From: Bugula neritina | Lineage: Eukaryota > Animalia > Bryozoa | Reading direction: 5' to 3' | DNA: 64,000 bases | NCBI GenBank assembly: GCA_964035545.1 | Contig: OZ037766.1 | Coordinates: 8,980,722 to 9,044,721, forward strand | Shown: positions 1 to 12,368 of the stretch, one piece after another | Layout: each line of letters opens with the position of its first letter | How positions within the stretch are numbered: position 1 is the first letter of the stretch | Position numbers and translations under genes: made by a program | The notes under the pieces: model-generated | Databases searched by the model: none | Told to the model about the DNA's origin: nothing | What the model saw: only the letters and a program-made list of their open reading frames with translations

Positions 1-187
1 GTGGAAACTCTTCATCAACGTCTTATCTTTTTATCATATAAAGCTTGCCAAATTCATTTTTAATAATCCATCGATGCAGCCATGAAAATATTTTATAAAA
101 ATGAAGAAAGTTTTGTAGTCTCATGCAAGCTACTTTCTGTATCTACCTGTGTTCACCTGTATCTACCTGTCAGCCAGTCTTGTGTTA

Positions 188-3100
188 CTAATTTTTACAC
201 TCACCTGCGTCACCAGTCGCATTGTTCGTGGAATCAGCTCTAAGCAGTTCTTCAGATATGGCGCCTTTAGTGTAACTCCTTGCATATTCTTCACCCCAGT
301 TGTGTTGGCCATGTTTGGAACTTTGCAGACTGTGTACACTTCCTTTCATACTTCCATACTTTGATAGGTTGTCCTTGATTTCTTCTTCTTGTAGCTCTAT
401 GCAAACACCAACATGTATTATAATGTATAATGACATATTTTATGCAGTATTGTGTAGTAGCATAGGTCTTCATAACTTTGTATATTGTAGGGTTCCCTAT
501 TTTTACATACTCTGTAGGCAATTAAAAGGAATTTTCTGTTTGTCGCTACGTAATTTTTGTCCTTTTTTACGGTCACTTAAATTTTTAGGCTGCAGTTTTC
601 TAACATGAATTGAGGCATCAACATCGATATAACTTGGAAACCTTGCATACATGGATATACATATACTTAGTGTAATAAGGGCAATCCTTATCGGGAAACG
701 ATGTTGACCACCCATGTTTCGATCTTTGCTCTCAATTTGGTTATAAGGGTTGTATTCTGTGATTAAATTAATGCATACAATATTCTGTGCTTATACAAAT
801 TACAAAGTTAAACACAAATAATACAGTAAAATGGGTTTTTGCCTATACAAAATATAAACTAACCTTGTGGGTTTGCCCATTCTTGCTTTTCTCCAGATGC
901 AAATATTCCAAAAAATATTATTCCTATATAGTGTATAATGCCAGCCATTAGAAACACGTATTTCCATTCTTTAAGCATGTCTTCCTGTAAAATAAAAAGA
1001 AAAGTTATGTGCTCTACAATAATCAGTCATGGCAATAAAAGCCACTGTATTAAAAGTTTGGCCTTACCATGGGTGTGTCCTTATAATTTATATGTTGATG
1101 TATAACAGATAAATTGCACACATTTTCCTAATTTCACTGTAATACTAATATAGGGGTATGTCAGAGTATGTAAAAAGCCCACGATTACAGTTAGTCTTTG
1201 TAATGTTTGTTATCTGTACTGGTCAACGTAATCACAATGTATAAGGGTAAGATAATAGTACGTACATTTATAGTAAATCCTGGCTCCTCAGACTCACTCT
1301 TCTGTACTGGTAGTAACTAAAAGTCAAACATAATTTAACTTAGTCCATAATAATGTAGACATTCATCACATTTCCTAATAATTTAATAGTATTGCTTTGA
1401 AATGCATTGCAGGCATTTGAAGATGATCCGATAGTGGAACTTCGCTCAGTGTGGTGAGAAACAGAGAGAGGAAATGAGCAAGGACAACCTATGCATTCAG
1501 TGCCTTCATGTCAACTAACAGCTGTAGACAAAATGTTACTTTAGAAATCCTAAGGGTTGATATGTGACTCGTTGAAAATAACAAGCGGAGAAAATAGCTT
1601 TTCTTTTGCCATCATTTGTCTTTCTTGTTGGACTCCTCATAGCATTCAACATGTTTTATGTATAAAGAATGGAACCATGTATATGCATTTGCTGTTACTG
1701 GATTGAGAAGTTGCCATTTGTTGCTATTTCCTCACCTCAGACCCAGTTAATGCTGACACGGCTATTGGGCAGAGAATACCAGACAAAGTACCAAATCCAT
1801 TTGAAATACCCATGAGAATTGATGCGTACCTCGGGGCAATATCCAAGTGATTAACATTGTAACCTGTAAAATGTCACATGTTCTGTTAGAAGTTCTATTT
1901 TTGATGCAATCATGTGGCATATTCTGTGAGATACATTTAGATTATCCAGGTCTGCTACTATTAGCAATAATGTAGCATTTTCTGTCTCGAGTGCTCATAT
2001 TTATTTCATCAATAAAGTTTTTTCACTTTGAATTTTTGATTTCACCATTAATTTTTTTTAAAAGCAATCTGGCAATAAAATACATTAAATTTGCTGTGCA
2101 TATTGTGTATTACTACAAAGCTATTACTACAAAGCTATACTGACACTTTATACTGTACGGTTCCTCTGTTTCCGTGTTGAAAAATAGTGAAAATTTGCCT
2201 GAAATTTTATTGATTTAAAGTAAAGTTGAACATAAATTTAGATTCTAACGATAATATTTACAATGGTTACCTGAAATGGCAAAGCCACTAAATCCAACTG
2301 CAAGCATTAGAGACACAATGGCTACTGGGTAACTTTGAGTAAAGGCAACAACCAATAAGAAAGTGGCCTCCAAACCAAAACCTGCAATTTATAGTAAAAA
2401 CAGCATTAAGACATCAATGTCCCTCAAAACAAATGTGTAGTTATTTAGTTTCTGAACGGTTTTCTGTGTACTTTTGAAAGTATAAAGAAATATATAATGA
2501 TCATGGTGTTTTAGGTATTGTTTTTCTATGCATTACCACCGCAGTTGAAGATCTTTCGAACATTTGTGGTGGACAGTAATCCTTTTCGTCTGAGCAGATC
2601 AGCCAAATAGCCACCAAATGGTACAACAATTGCCATTAGCAGATGGGGCAACGCACCTAACCCTCCACTCTGAAATGTTTATAACAATGTTTATTAATTG
2701 CTGCATGAGATTTAAAACTGCACATGATTTAATAGTAAAATTATGTACTTTTATTTTGTTGTTTAAAACGTAAAGGTTGGGTTCAACTATCAACATTTAA
2801 AGTTAACAGAAAAGGCAACAGTTTGAAAAAAAAACTTTTAATAAGATTTTAAAACTGACAGAAACTTTCAATCAATTTGAATGACGGAATTTTTCACTAA
2901 CACTGCCTAATAATCTTATTGCAACATGGTTAATAACAGTGTACTGGTTTAGGGAGCTGATCTCTTTATATATATAGTAGTTGTTTCTATATTATTTCTA
3001 TGTTATAATATATTTCTAATATATTTGCTGACACGCATATAACTGTACCCTTGCATTGATATACAAATAACATCTAATACGTGAGACTACTCATCCGCTA

Positions 3101-6100
3101 ACTCACCATGCCAATAGGAATGTTGAATACTTGATGGAGGTATTTTGTCTGATGGACAATAAGAAGATAAAATGTCCAACTTCTACATATATTCGCCACA
3201 ATTATAGCATAAACTGGCATTGATGTAAAAATCTTCTTCCATGGTGTGTGAGAAAACTGATAAAACCAAAAGCATGCTAATAATATGATATCATAAAAAT
3301 CATGTGGTTAAATAAATTATTTTCGCAAATGTGACAATAAACGGTATACCTATACATTTACTAATCTTGCAAGCTTTCAAACTAATATATCAACGAAATG
3401 TGAGCGTTCAGCCATATTATAGTTCTCAGCACTACTTCGAGACCAAATTTGGAAGGCTGATATTTTTTCTCCATTGCCGCCATTTCTAGCAATCTATGCA
3501 TGAAAAATTATAAGACTTCAACCTGTTCGTAGCTGACATACCTTGATAACAGTGTTGTCAGCTAAGCCAAGACTTTCTTCTATGTAAATTCTTTCATCCT
3601 GGGGTATTCTCGGATGACTCGCTGGTCTCTCAAAGGATAGGAACCACCACACTATTCCCCAGAGTATGCCTACTACTCCTAAAATTGGTCACACATTTTT
3701 TTTTAAATGTTGTGTTAAGCAGCTAAACATGACAAATTTTCCATGCCTTATTCTAGTTTCCTCGGGCTATGTTAATTATGTATGGTTAGAAAACTATAGT
3801 CTATAGGTTAAAGATGGCATCGGGATGACAACAATGAACTGCTGACATCTTTATGCAGGTGGAGTCGTTTTCTAGCCATGAATTGTCACCTTTTTGCTTA
3901 TGGCTAATTTTGTTATGTTTTTTCTACATAAATATAATAAATACAGCGTAAAATATATACTGCAACTGATTACAACTTGAGACTAAATTTACCATAAAAG
4001 TAGAAGCATGCCTCCCATGTAATGGTGGTGAGAAAGCTGGAGACAGGCAGACCAATCACAGCACCTGCGTATGACCCACAAAAGGCAATGGTAGCTAGTT
4101 TAGATCTCTCCAGTGGTGGTGCCCAGTATCTCCAGATGCCGTGGCAGGCTGGGTAAGTGACGCCCTATTTATATAGAGGACGTTCTTGCACTAATGGAAT
4201 CCAATTAATGCATATATGCAGAGATATCCATTATTTTGTTGTTTGTTTGATAAACAACATATATTTTAGAATTAGTTTAATGCGTGCAGGGGAAAAATTT
4301 ATTTTGCAGCTTGTTTAATAAATAAAGTATATTATAGAACTGTAGCGAACATCATTTTTCAAGCACTGTGAGTTAAGAATTGAAACGAATTTAATACTGA
4401 AACTACAGCTTCCCTTTTGTATAATATCCATGTATGTATTATACAGTGGTGATCATTTTATGGGTTTGAAATTAACAAATAACCAAAACCATTAACTCAG
4501 TAAACTCGCTCACTGACCTCTATAAGTCCTTGAGTTACTCTCACAGCAATGGCTGCTCCATAGTGCAGTTTACAAGCTGATGGCAGAAAAAGGTTAAGTA
4601 GAGCTGACCCTGTTATTGCACACCCAAATACTCTGAAATATACCACAGCTCTCTGATTTCTGTTATGTCTAATTTTTTTCATCACCATCCAATTTTTGTT
4701 GTTTAGAATTTAGATTATCTTTTAACAAAATTTTTAGCATAAAGATCCTGTAAATTTATTTTTATAAAGTTAGTTTATTTATATAACTAAGCCAAGTGCA
4801 TAATTCAATTTCACCAAAAAAAACATATTTGGTGTACGGTTTACTAGAAAAAGTTAAAAGTTTTAACTCTTTTGTCAACATTAATGATTTTTATATTTTG
4901 CAACCTAATCTGGTTTCAAAAAAAAATTAATTAAGCTTATATCGGACAGAAAAATAGTGAAAAAAAATTTAAAAAACACTTTCAGATGCTAAGCTCATAT
5001 TACCCACATACCTGTTTGCAGGTAAGACTCCACTCAGGTATCCTCCAGGAACTTGTGTTATCAGATAACCCCAGAAGAAAGAACTGTCTATCAGTCCTTG
5101 CTGAGCACCAGTCCAGTCAAATTCTGCCTGATAACAATACAAGTGCATTACAAGTTAGTAAACTGCGTATATGCTGTTAGTTAATAAATGCTCTCATCTT
5201 AGAGTAAATTACTTACAAAAAACCTTTGGTATAATTTAGTTGTTAATGATTTTAAACCTTCCCTTTCCTCTGAGAAATTTTTGTGAAATGCTAGTTTGAT
5301 AAATAAAAGGAAATTACAATGTATAGTTTATTTTTTTCATATTAGATTTATTTTGCTCTTTCATAAAGTATTACCACCTCAGTTTCATTGCTTTGCTTAG
5401 TCATCTCAATCATTGCTACCCCCATGTTACACCTTATGCCAAATGATATCATGAAGCCAAGGCTAGCCAGCAGGGACATCTGGTATCGAGTTGGTATTGA
5501 ACAGGCACAAACAGAAGTCTTAGCCATACACCTGCAACAATGTAAATGTTATCTGTAAACTTTAGAATGATTTTTTGTTGCTAAAATATCACTGTGTAAA
5601 TCTATCTATCATATATACCTAGGATACAAATTGATCTACTCAAATATTATGAAGCACGGAGATTTATTATTCATTATTGATTCGAGTGTTGGATTGCATC
5701 ATATTGCTTTGCTGACTTCAATATATCTGTTTACTAAACCAAATAGATTTTTGCATAACTTTTTAGAAAAACTTATCACAGTACAAGTGCCAGCTGCCAC
5801 TTTTGATATCGTATTTTATGACTGCACATGCTGTCGAGGGAAGATGTTACTATGGAGCCAATGGCTAAACTTTGCTTGATTGATAATTTGCTATTTTTAA
5901 AATAATAGATAAAGGAGCAGCCGTGGTAGCCTATAGTGATTAGAGCACTGCGTGGCTTAGTAAGCACAAGGTCAGTGGGTGGTTCAATACCCCATCAAGG
6001 CCATTGGTGATGCTAGGAAGGTCATTCAATCATAATTGCCCCTGTACCACAAAACATAGAAAGTCTTTAGCCTGTTAAAAATGCTTTCCATTAGGGGTTC

Positions 6101-9100
6101 TCACGGGAATGGTGGCTATAAGCCCATGATAGGTTTTAAACTGGTTTACGGCAGCCAATTTATGCTGAGATACATATATTAACCATTAACTGAATAGTTT
6201 AATATGTATCTCAGAAAAATAGTTTACAAATAGACTAAAGTATAAAACAGATCATAGTTATATCGCCAAACAGAATTTAACTTTCAACTTGGTAACCAAT
6301 CAAGGCTCAGAAAAATTAGTTGACAAATCTTACAACCATCCTGCAAGTAGCAACTATGAGTAAGCAGACAGTTGAAGCATTCGAAAGCATGCTAATGTTT
6401 TATACATTACTTATACACTAAAACTTATGGAAATTTACTTTAGGCACAACTTTTATGGTTTTCATTCACAGCAAAAGCTATGCATTCTGCAAGTAAGTTG
6501 AGTAAAATTATAATCATATAAACTTGTGGATGGATATTTTAAAAATCGTTAAAAGTTTGCCAATATCAGAAAAAATCTCAAGATTTGCTTAGCAAAACTC
6601 AAGCTCCTCAAACTTTTCAATGATGCACATGCACTAAGATAAGGGCATCTTCAACAAGTGAATGTAAGGAATTGGTTTTAAAAATTAAAATAAAAATTTA
6701 ATTTATCAGTTCAACATATCTGTCTCTAAGTAACCACACAGTTTTAAGTAACAGAACTGCGCACTCCATCACTTGCTTTACACCAATTATTAAAATTAGT
6801 CCATGTCCTAATAAAATGCAGATTATTATGCACAGAAATGATAACAGGCTCTTGAACTTTTATTAGTTTGCTGGATCATGACCTGTAACTTGTATTAAAT
6901 TATAGCGTATGCATTGGCAGCATGTATAGTGTGCTAATTAATGTAACAGCATATAAGGTAATGCGTTAATTATAAAATGTTGTGAAATTTTTAAAACCAC
7001 TTTATAATTAAAATCTTCACATGAAAGCTCAATCAATTTATGTTCAGTGAAAACTATTTCAAAATAAAAGAGTTGATTAAGGAACACACTCATTATTTGA
7101 CAGTAAGAATTTAGAAAACCATGAATAAGGTTAAGGCAATAGCTATGACTTCTATATACGTACTTATTGCATCTATCAAAGCAATCGTAGAATCGGGGCT
7201 TTTGTTCTCCATCAGTTTCGGGACTTTTTTGAGAGTTTTCTGAATTGTCATCTTCTGCTTCCAGTCCACTGCATTCAAGTGTTGACGGAAATGTGTCGGA
7301 ATATTTACCATCAGGCAATGCCTGGTATTTAACGTTGGTTCTAGTCCTCTTTTTTGGAATTGGCTTTTGATCAGATGCAAATCTAAAAAGTTAAAATTAT
7401 TTTTAAATCTGTTCTTCTGCAAGTCAACTAGAATAATTTAATAGTTAAAAGAAAACATTCTACTGAAGGAAATATTATAGAACTCATCATTTTCATTTGA
7501 TATAATTCTTAAGTCTTCGGTTTAAATAAATTTTCTATTTAAAACAGAAGACAACAGTTTCAAAAGTTTTGTTATAGCTGTGATCATTCTTAATAGTAAA
7601 TCTCTTTAATATTTGCAAAGTGTATGATCTAGCTATGAAAATTGGTTGATCAAAGCTGAACATATTCATTAAGTAATGGTAGATGCATTTTCATTTGAAC
7701 AAGCAGAACTTTCCACAACCCTATAAAAATATTGTTTGATATTGTAGTTACAACTTACACTTTTAGGTTGCCATGATAATATATAAACCATTTTAACTGG
7801 GCATCCACTATAGTGGCTGAATACAAGTGGCAAATAAGCTTGTCGTCAAAATAATTTTTATTCCTCAAACAGTGGGTCTAGAAATTAAGTGGCAGTATTT
7901 ACACTGCCCCACTATTTTTGCAGCTTCTACTATGAAAACACAGCTTCAAAAATTCGGAGAAATGCGTGAAAACACAGCACTGTGAAATGTTAGACTATTC
8001 AAGGAGAATAGTCATCACCTTAGAGTAACCTGATATCCATAATTAAACTCATGTGTTTTTGTACCCAAAATTACTCTTGGCTTATACTAGTTTACTCAAT
8101 GCATAAAACTGCTAACCTATGAAATCTATTGGCAAGAAACTGTAAACAAAGCTGATATTTAAGAATATAAAATGATTTGTTAGACTACGGTAATACTTTA
8201 ATTAATGCCAATAATATACGCAGCAAATATTAAGTGTAAATTGAAGCACGCAACTGAAGGAAATTAGTGCATAGTTTCAGAGCTGTTCTGAAAATTACAC
8301 ATTAATGGTCCGGCAATATGCATATTTAGCTGCACGTAAAATGAAATTCAGATAAAAGATATCATGGTAATTATTGTAAGTGGGCTGCTGATGAGCTACT
8401 AATTCAATTATGAAAATGTTTGGGGCGGCCTTTGACAGCTTGTCAATAATATTTCTAGCAGCATACAAGAAATTTAATGCACATCTTGCTTCTTTTCATA
8501 TTGATGTATTTCTGCAGAATACATATTAGTAATTATGTATATGTTAGAATTATAGCTCATGATATAGAAAATCTTAATAAAGAAATAACTTGAAACAAGC
8601 ATGTATAATTGCCATATTGCTTCAGTCACATACTAAATATAAGTCTATAAATGGTATAATGTTAACTCTGCTAGTAAAAATACTTTAATACAGCTCTATT
8701 ATATAATCTATGTTTACAGTAAAATACTAAACATTTTAACAAAAAAATGTATATGCAGACAATATTGCAAAAGAATATAATACATATTATTTGTATATGG
8801 CAAATGCTTGCAGTTGCCTAAGTTCTGATTTATCAGCAAGCAGTTCAATTGCTGGTCATCTATTCATAGTAATAACGCATGAAATCAATGAGATTACTAT
8901 GATAATGTGCATGCGGCTAGTTCGATATGCTAAGGTTTACGACAATGGCTGAGTATAATCTATGAAATACACTTAGTATTATATTACACATTGTAAACAT
9001 AACAGTCAGATAATAGGAAGGAAGTCAGTTTTACATTGAAATCCATTTAATTTAAAATTACAAAAAATGTCAAATGGTCATATAAAATCAATAAAAATGA

Positions 9101-12100
9101 TGAAAAGAGGTCAAAGCGATAATTGAGCGCTGGCTCGAGACAAAATACATATTAAAGTCTGTTTCCTTTGCGCATCCAATGACGCTTTTTGCCTTTAGAT
9201 TTACTCGTGAACAACAAAAGTAAAACTTGGATTCTGCCTTTCGTAGGTTTATTTATGTAACATACCTGTGCGTCTATTTACTGTAAAGTATTTTGAGCTA
9301 CATGTATGTTTTTGTCATAGATTTATACAACACTTTGATATCAATAAATGTAGCTTATTATATTTGTGATTTATTTTAGCATTACACACTGATATGTAAC
9401 TTCTGAACGATAATCTATAACATAAAGCAGCTTTATTTTCACTAACAACCACCTGACCTAACTAATCTATAATATAGAGCTGTTTTTTCCACTAATAACC
9501 ACCTGACACAGAATACTGTGTTCCATAGTGTAAATCGATCTAGTTAATAACCGTGATGCTTCATGGGACACTTTATTTTTTAGCAAGAAGCATGAATAAG
9601 ATTGAGTTTCATGGCTTTGTTCCCATTAAGAATAAACATTTTTTGGATGAAATTTCAATAAGGCTTGTGAATGACTGGCATATTAGCAGTATAGACAAAT
9701 AATGAATCTCTAACGAAGCATATTTTTTCAGTAAAACTAATCTTTAATGAAATATCTTGGTGTAATTTTCTAAATCGTTTTAGGAAAGGAATACACAAAG
9801 AAAGCAATATACAAAATATAGGGAAAATGTCCTTAGCGCACTTAAAAACCCTCTCCGTCAGGGGCTCTCACAGGGATGGAGACTATAAATTTTCGTTAGT
9901 AAGTTTATATGGGTGTATATGTACACATGTATACACATAGACACGTGTACATGCATGAGTATTTGTGTACATATGCACATATACATATGTCACATCTGCA
10001 CATATGTATATACTCATGTACATACTTGTGTACATGTGTACTAGTGCACTTCTGTTGTAGCGTATATCTAAGTTGACCGTAATATTAGTTATGAGTATAA
10101 GAAAGCAAACTCATGATGTCCACAAGCATTATCTATGCCCACATATAAATAGGCTATTTATGTATATATATGAAAATGGAAGAAAAGAACCCTTGGAGAT
10201 TTCTCTATCCCATGTATAATGCATAACTCCATACAAAACTGAGGTAGTGTTGGGAATACCTATACCAACAGCAATATAAACATTACAAACTCATGACAAC
10301 ATGAAATATTGCATACGATAGTGAGTTGTTCTGCTGTTGCTGACCCTACAATATATTGTGAGACATACAGGCTGGTGGGAACAGACTGGCTGTATGCTGC
10401 CGCTGCCGTGTACTATATTATGCTGCTACTTAGTCATAAGCAGTAGATATGGTGACATTCTTACTCCAGTCTCTTGGGAGACTGAAATGTAACATCAGAG
10501 AAAAGTTGCCTGAGTTGCAGTGCTTATAGTCCACAGACTTGAAAATAGGCTCATCCAATGTACCCATTCCCAGCCTATGCTATGCTATGCTATGCTATGC
10601 TATGCTATGCTATGCTATGCTATGCTATGCTATGCTATGCTATGCTATGCTATGCTATGCTATGCTATGCTATGCTATGCTATGCTATGCTATGCTATGC
10701 TATGCTATGCTATGCTATGCTATGCTATGCTATGCTATGCTATGCTATGCTATGCTATGCTATGCTATGCTATGCTATGCTATGCTATGCTATGCTATGC
10801 TATGCTATGCTATGCTATGCTATGCTATGCTATGCTATGCTATGCTATGCTATGCTATGCTATGCTATGCTATGCTATGCTATGCTATGCTATGCTATGC
10901 TATGCTATGCTATGCTATGCTATGCTATGCTATGCTATGCTATGCTATGCTATGCTATGCTATGCTATGCTATGCTATGCTATGCTATGCTATGCTATGC
11001 TATGCTATGCTATGCTATGCTATGCTATGCTATGCTATGCTATGCTATGCTATGCTATGCTATGCTATGCTATGCTATGCTATGCTATGCTATGCTATGC
11101 TATGCTATGCTATGCTATGCTATGCTATGCTATGCTATGCTATGCTATGCTATGCTATGCTATGCTATGCTATGCTATGCTATGCTATGCTATGCTATGC
11201 TATGCTATGCTATGCTATGCTATGCTATGCTATGCTATGCTATGCTATGCTATGCTATGCTATGCTATGCTATGCTATGCTATGCTATGCTATGCTATGC
11301 TATGCTATGCTATGCTATGCTATGCTATGCTATGCTATGCTATGCTATGCTATGCTATGCTATGCTATGCTATGCTATGCTATGCTATGCTATACTATAC
11401 TATGTTATCCTATAATATACTATGTTATCCTATAATATACTATGTTATATGCTATGCTATGTTATGCTATGTTATGCTATGTTATACTATTATATGCTAT
11501 GTTATATGCTATGCTATGTTATACTATGCTATGCTATGACATGCTATGTTATTGCATGCTATGTTATTCTATGTTATATGATGCTATAATATACTATTCA
11601 AATGCATAATATACAAGCTACATTTATAGTGAGAAATATTATTAAAACTTTGAGTTAACACAAAACTAGTTTAATCCAAATTATCAAATAATCTAAGCTT
11701 TAAAAACATTCTTATCAGTCAAGTTTCACTTCATTAGACCTGATTTTTTGTTTTTAAAGCATAAAGTTCTATAAAAGGAAGAATATCCGTTTTAAAGATA
11801 AAAACAGTTGACTATAAAATTTAGCAAAATAAATTGAATATACATAACATATGCCCAATGAGTTTTTCAGAAAAGTTTAATAAAAAGTATTGCAGTGTGT
11901 TATAAGGTGCTTTTGATAGAAAACTCTTTTTGCCAATTAAGTAAAACTTAATTAAAAATGCTTTCAAAATAATTGATCCTACCATAATATACTTTTGCCA
12001 TTTTATCAGTAAAATGTTACCTGCAATATAAACTTGTGTGTACGATTTTATAGTTGTTGACCCCTAATTCTAGTAAGTAATGATATTGCAAAATAACATA

Positions 12101-12368
12101 AATTACAGGTTGAAACATATAACCAAAAGCTCAAAAAAGAGTTTATCTGTAGAAGTTAAAGCATGGAAATATTGTATAAAAATGAAAACTGCCCTTTTTC
12201 TCAATACATGCTAAATATAAATATATTCAAACATTATTACTGTGCGGTTGTAGTTGCTTGAAATATGCAAAAACATTACCTGTCTTTTACCGAGTTTTTC
12301 AACTCTCTCGACAAATCTTGTGTCGGATAGAGAATTTTTTCTTTAGCTCCTTTCTCTATGATATTCAT
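188..12368 (-). CDS. VGlut: Vesicular glutamate transporter (SLC17A6/7/8, eat-4 family), multi-exon
   Basis: Phase-consistent GT-AG exons (minus): 12280-12368, 7164-7382, 5375-5531, 5012-5127, 4518-4632, 3993-4164, 3542-3678, 3107-3256, 2537-2669, 2271-2381, 1736-1863, 864-984, 188-396. VGLUT-diagnostic motifs: [108 protein letters not shown]. Both ends are uncertain: a possible upstream exon at 17668-17686, and a strong donor at 204 that may lead to a further 3' exon. Confidence 0.93.
5914..6130 (+). mobile_element. tRNA-derived SINE, copy A (most complete head)
   Basis: Starts GGAGCAGCC. A-box-like TAGCCTATAGTG and B-box GGTTCAATACC. Body (GGCCATTGGTGATGCTAGGAAG...TTAGCC...AGGGGTTCTCAC...ATGGTGGCTATAA) is shared with copies at 9826, 42279 and 46210. 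Confidence 0.75.
9826..9903 (+). mobile_element. 5'-truncated SINE fragment, copy D
   Basis: GTCCTTAGC...CCGTCAGGGGCTCTCACAGGGATGGAGACTATAAA matches the 3' half of the copy at 42279-42459. Confidence 0.65.
9910..10050. repeat. Alternating purine-pyrimidine low-complexity tract (TA/CA/TG)
   Basis: gtgtatatgtacacatgtatacacatagacacgtgtacatgcatg... almost entirely RY-alternating. Confidence 0.7.
10576..11590. repeat. Pentanucleotide microsatellite (TATGC)n
   Basis: Perfect TATGC from 10576 to 11390 (815 bp, 163 units), then degenerate TATGT/TATAC/TATGC variants to ~11590. Lies in the VGLUT intron 7383-12279. Confidence 0.99.

Noticed and set aside
10520-11539. Three long ORFs (285-339 aa) of MLCYA repeats
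   Set aside because: Artefact of the stop-free (TATGC)n microsatellite; all three frames give the same peptide.
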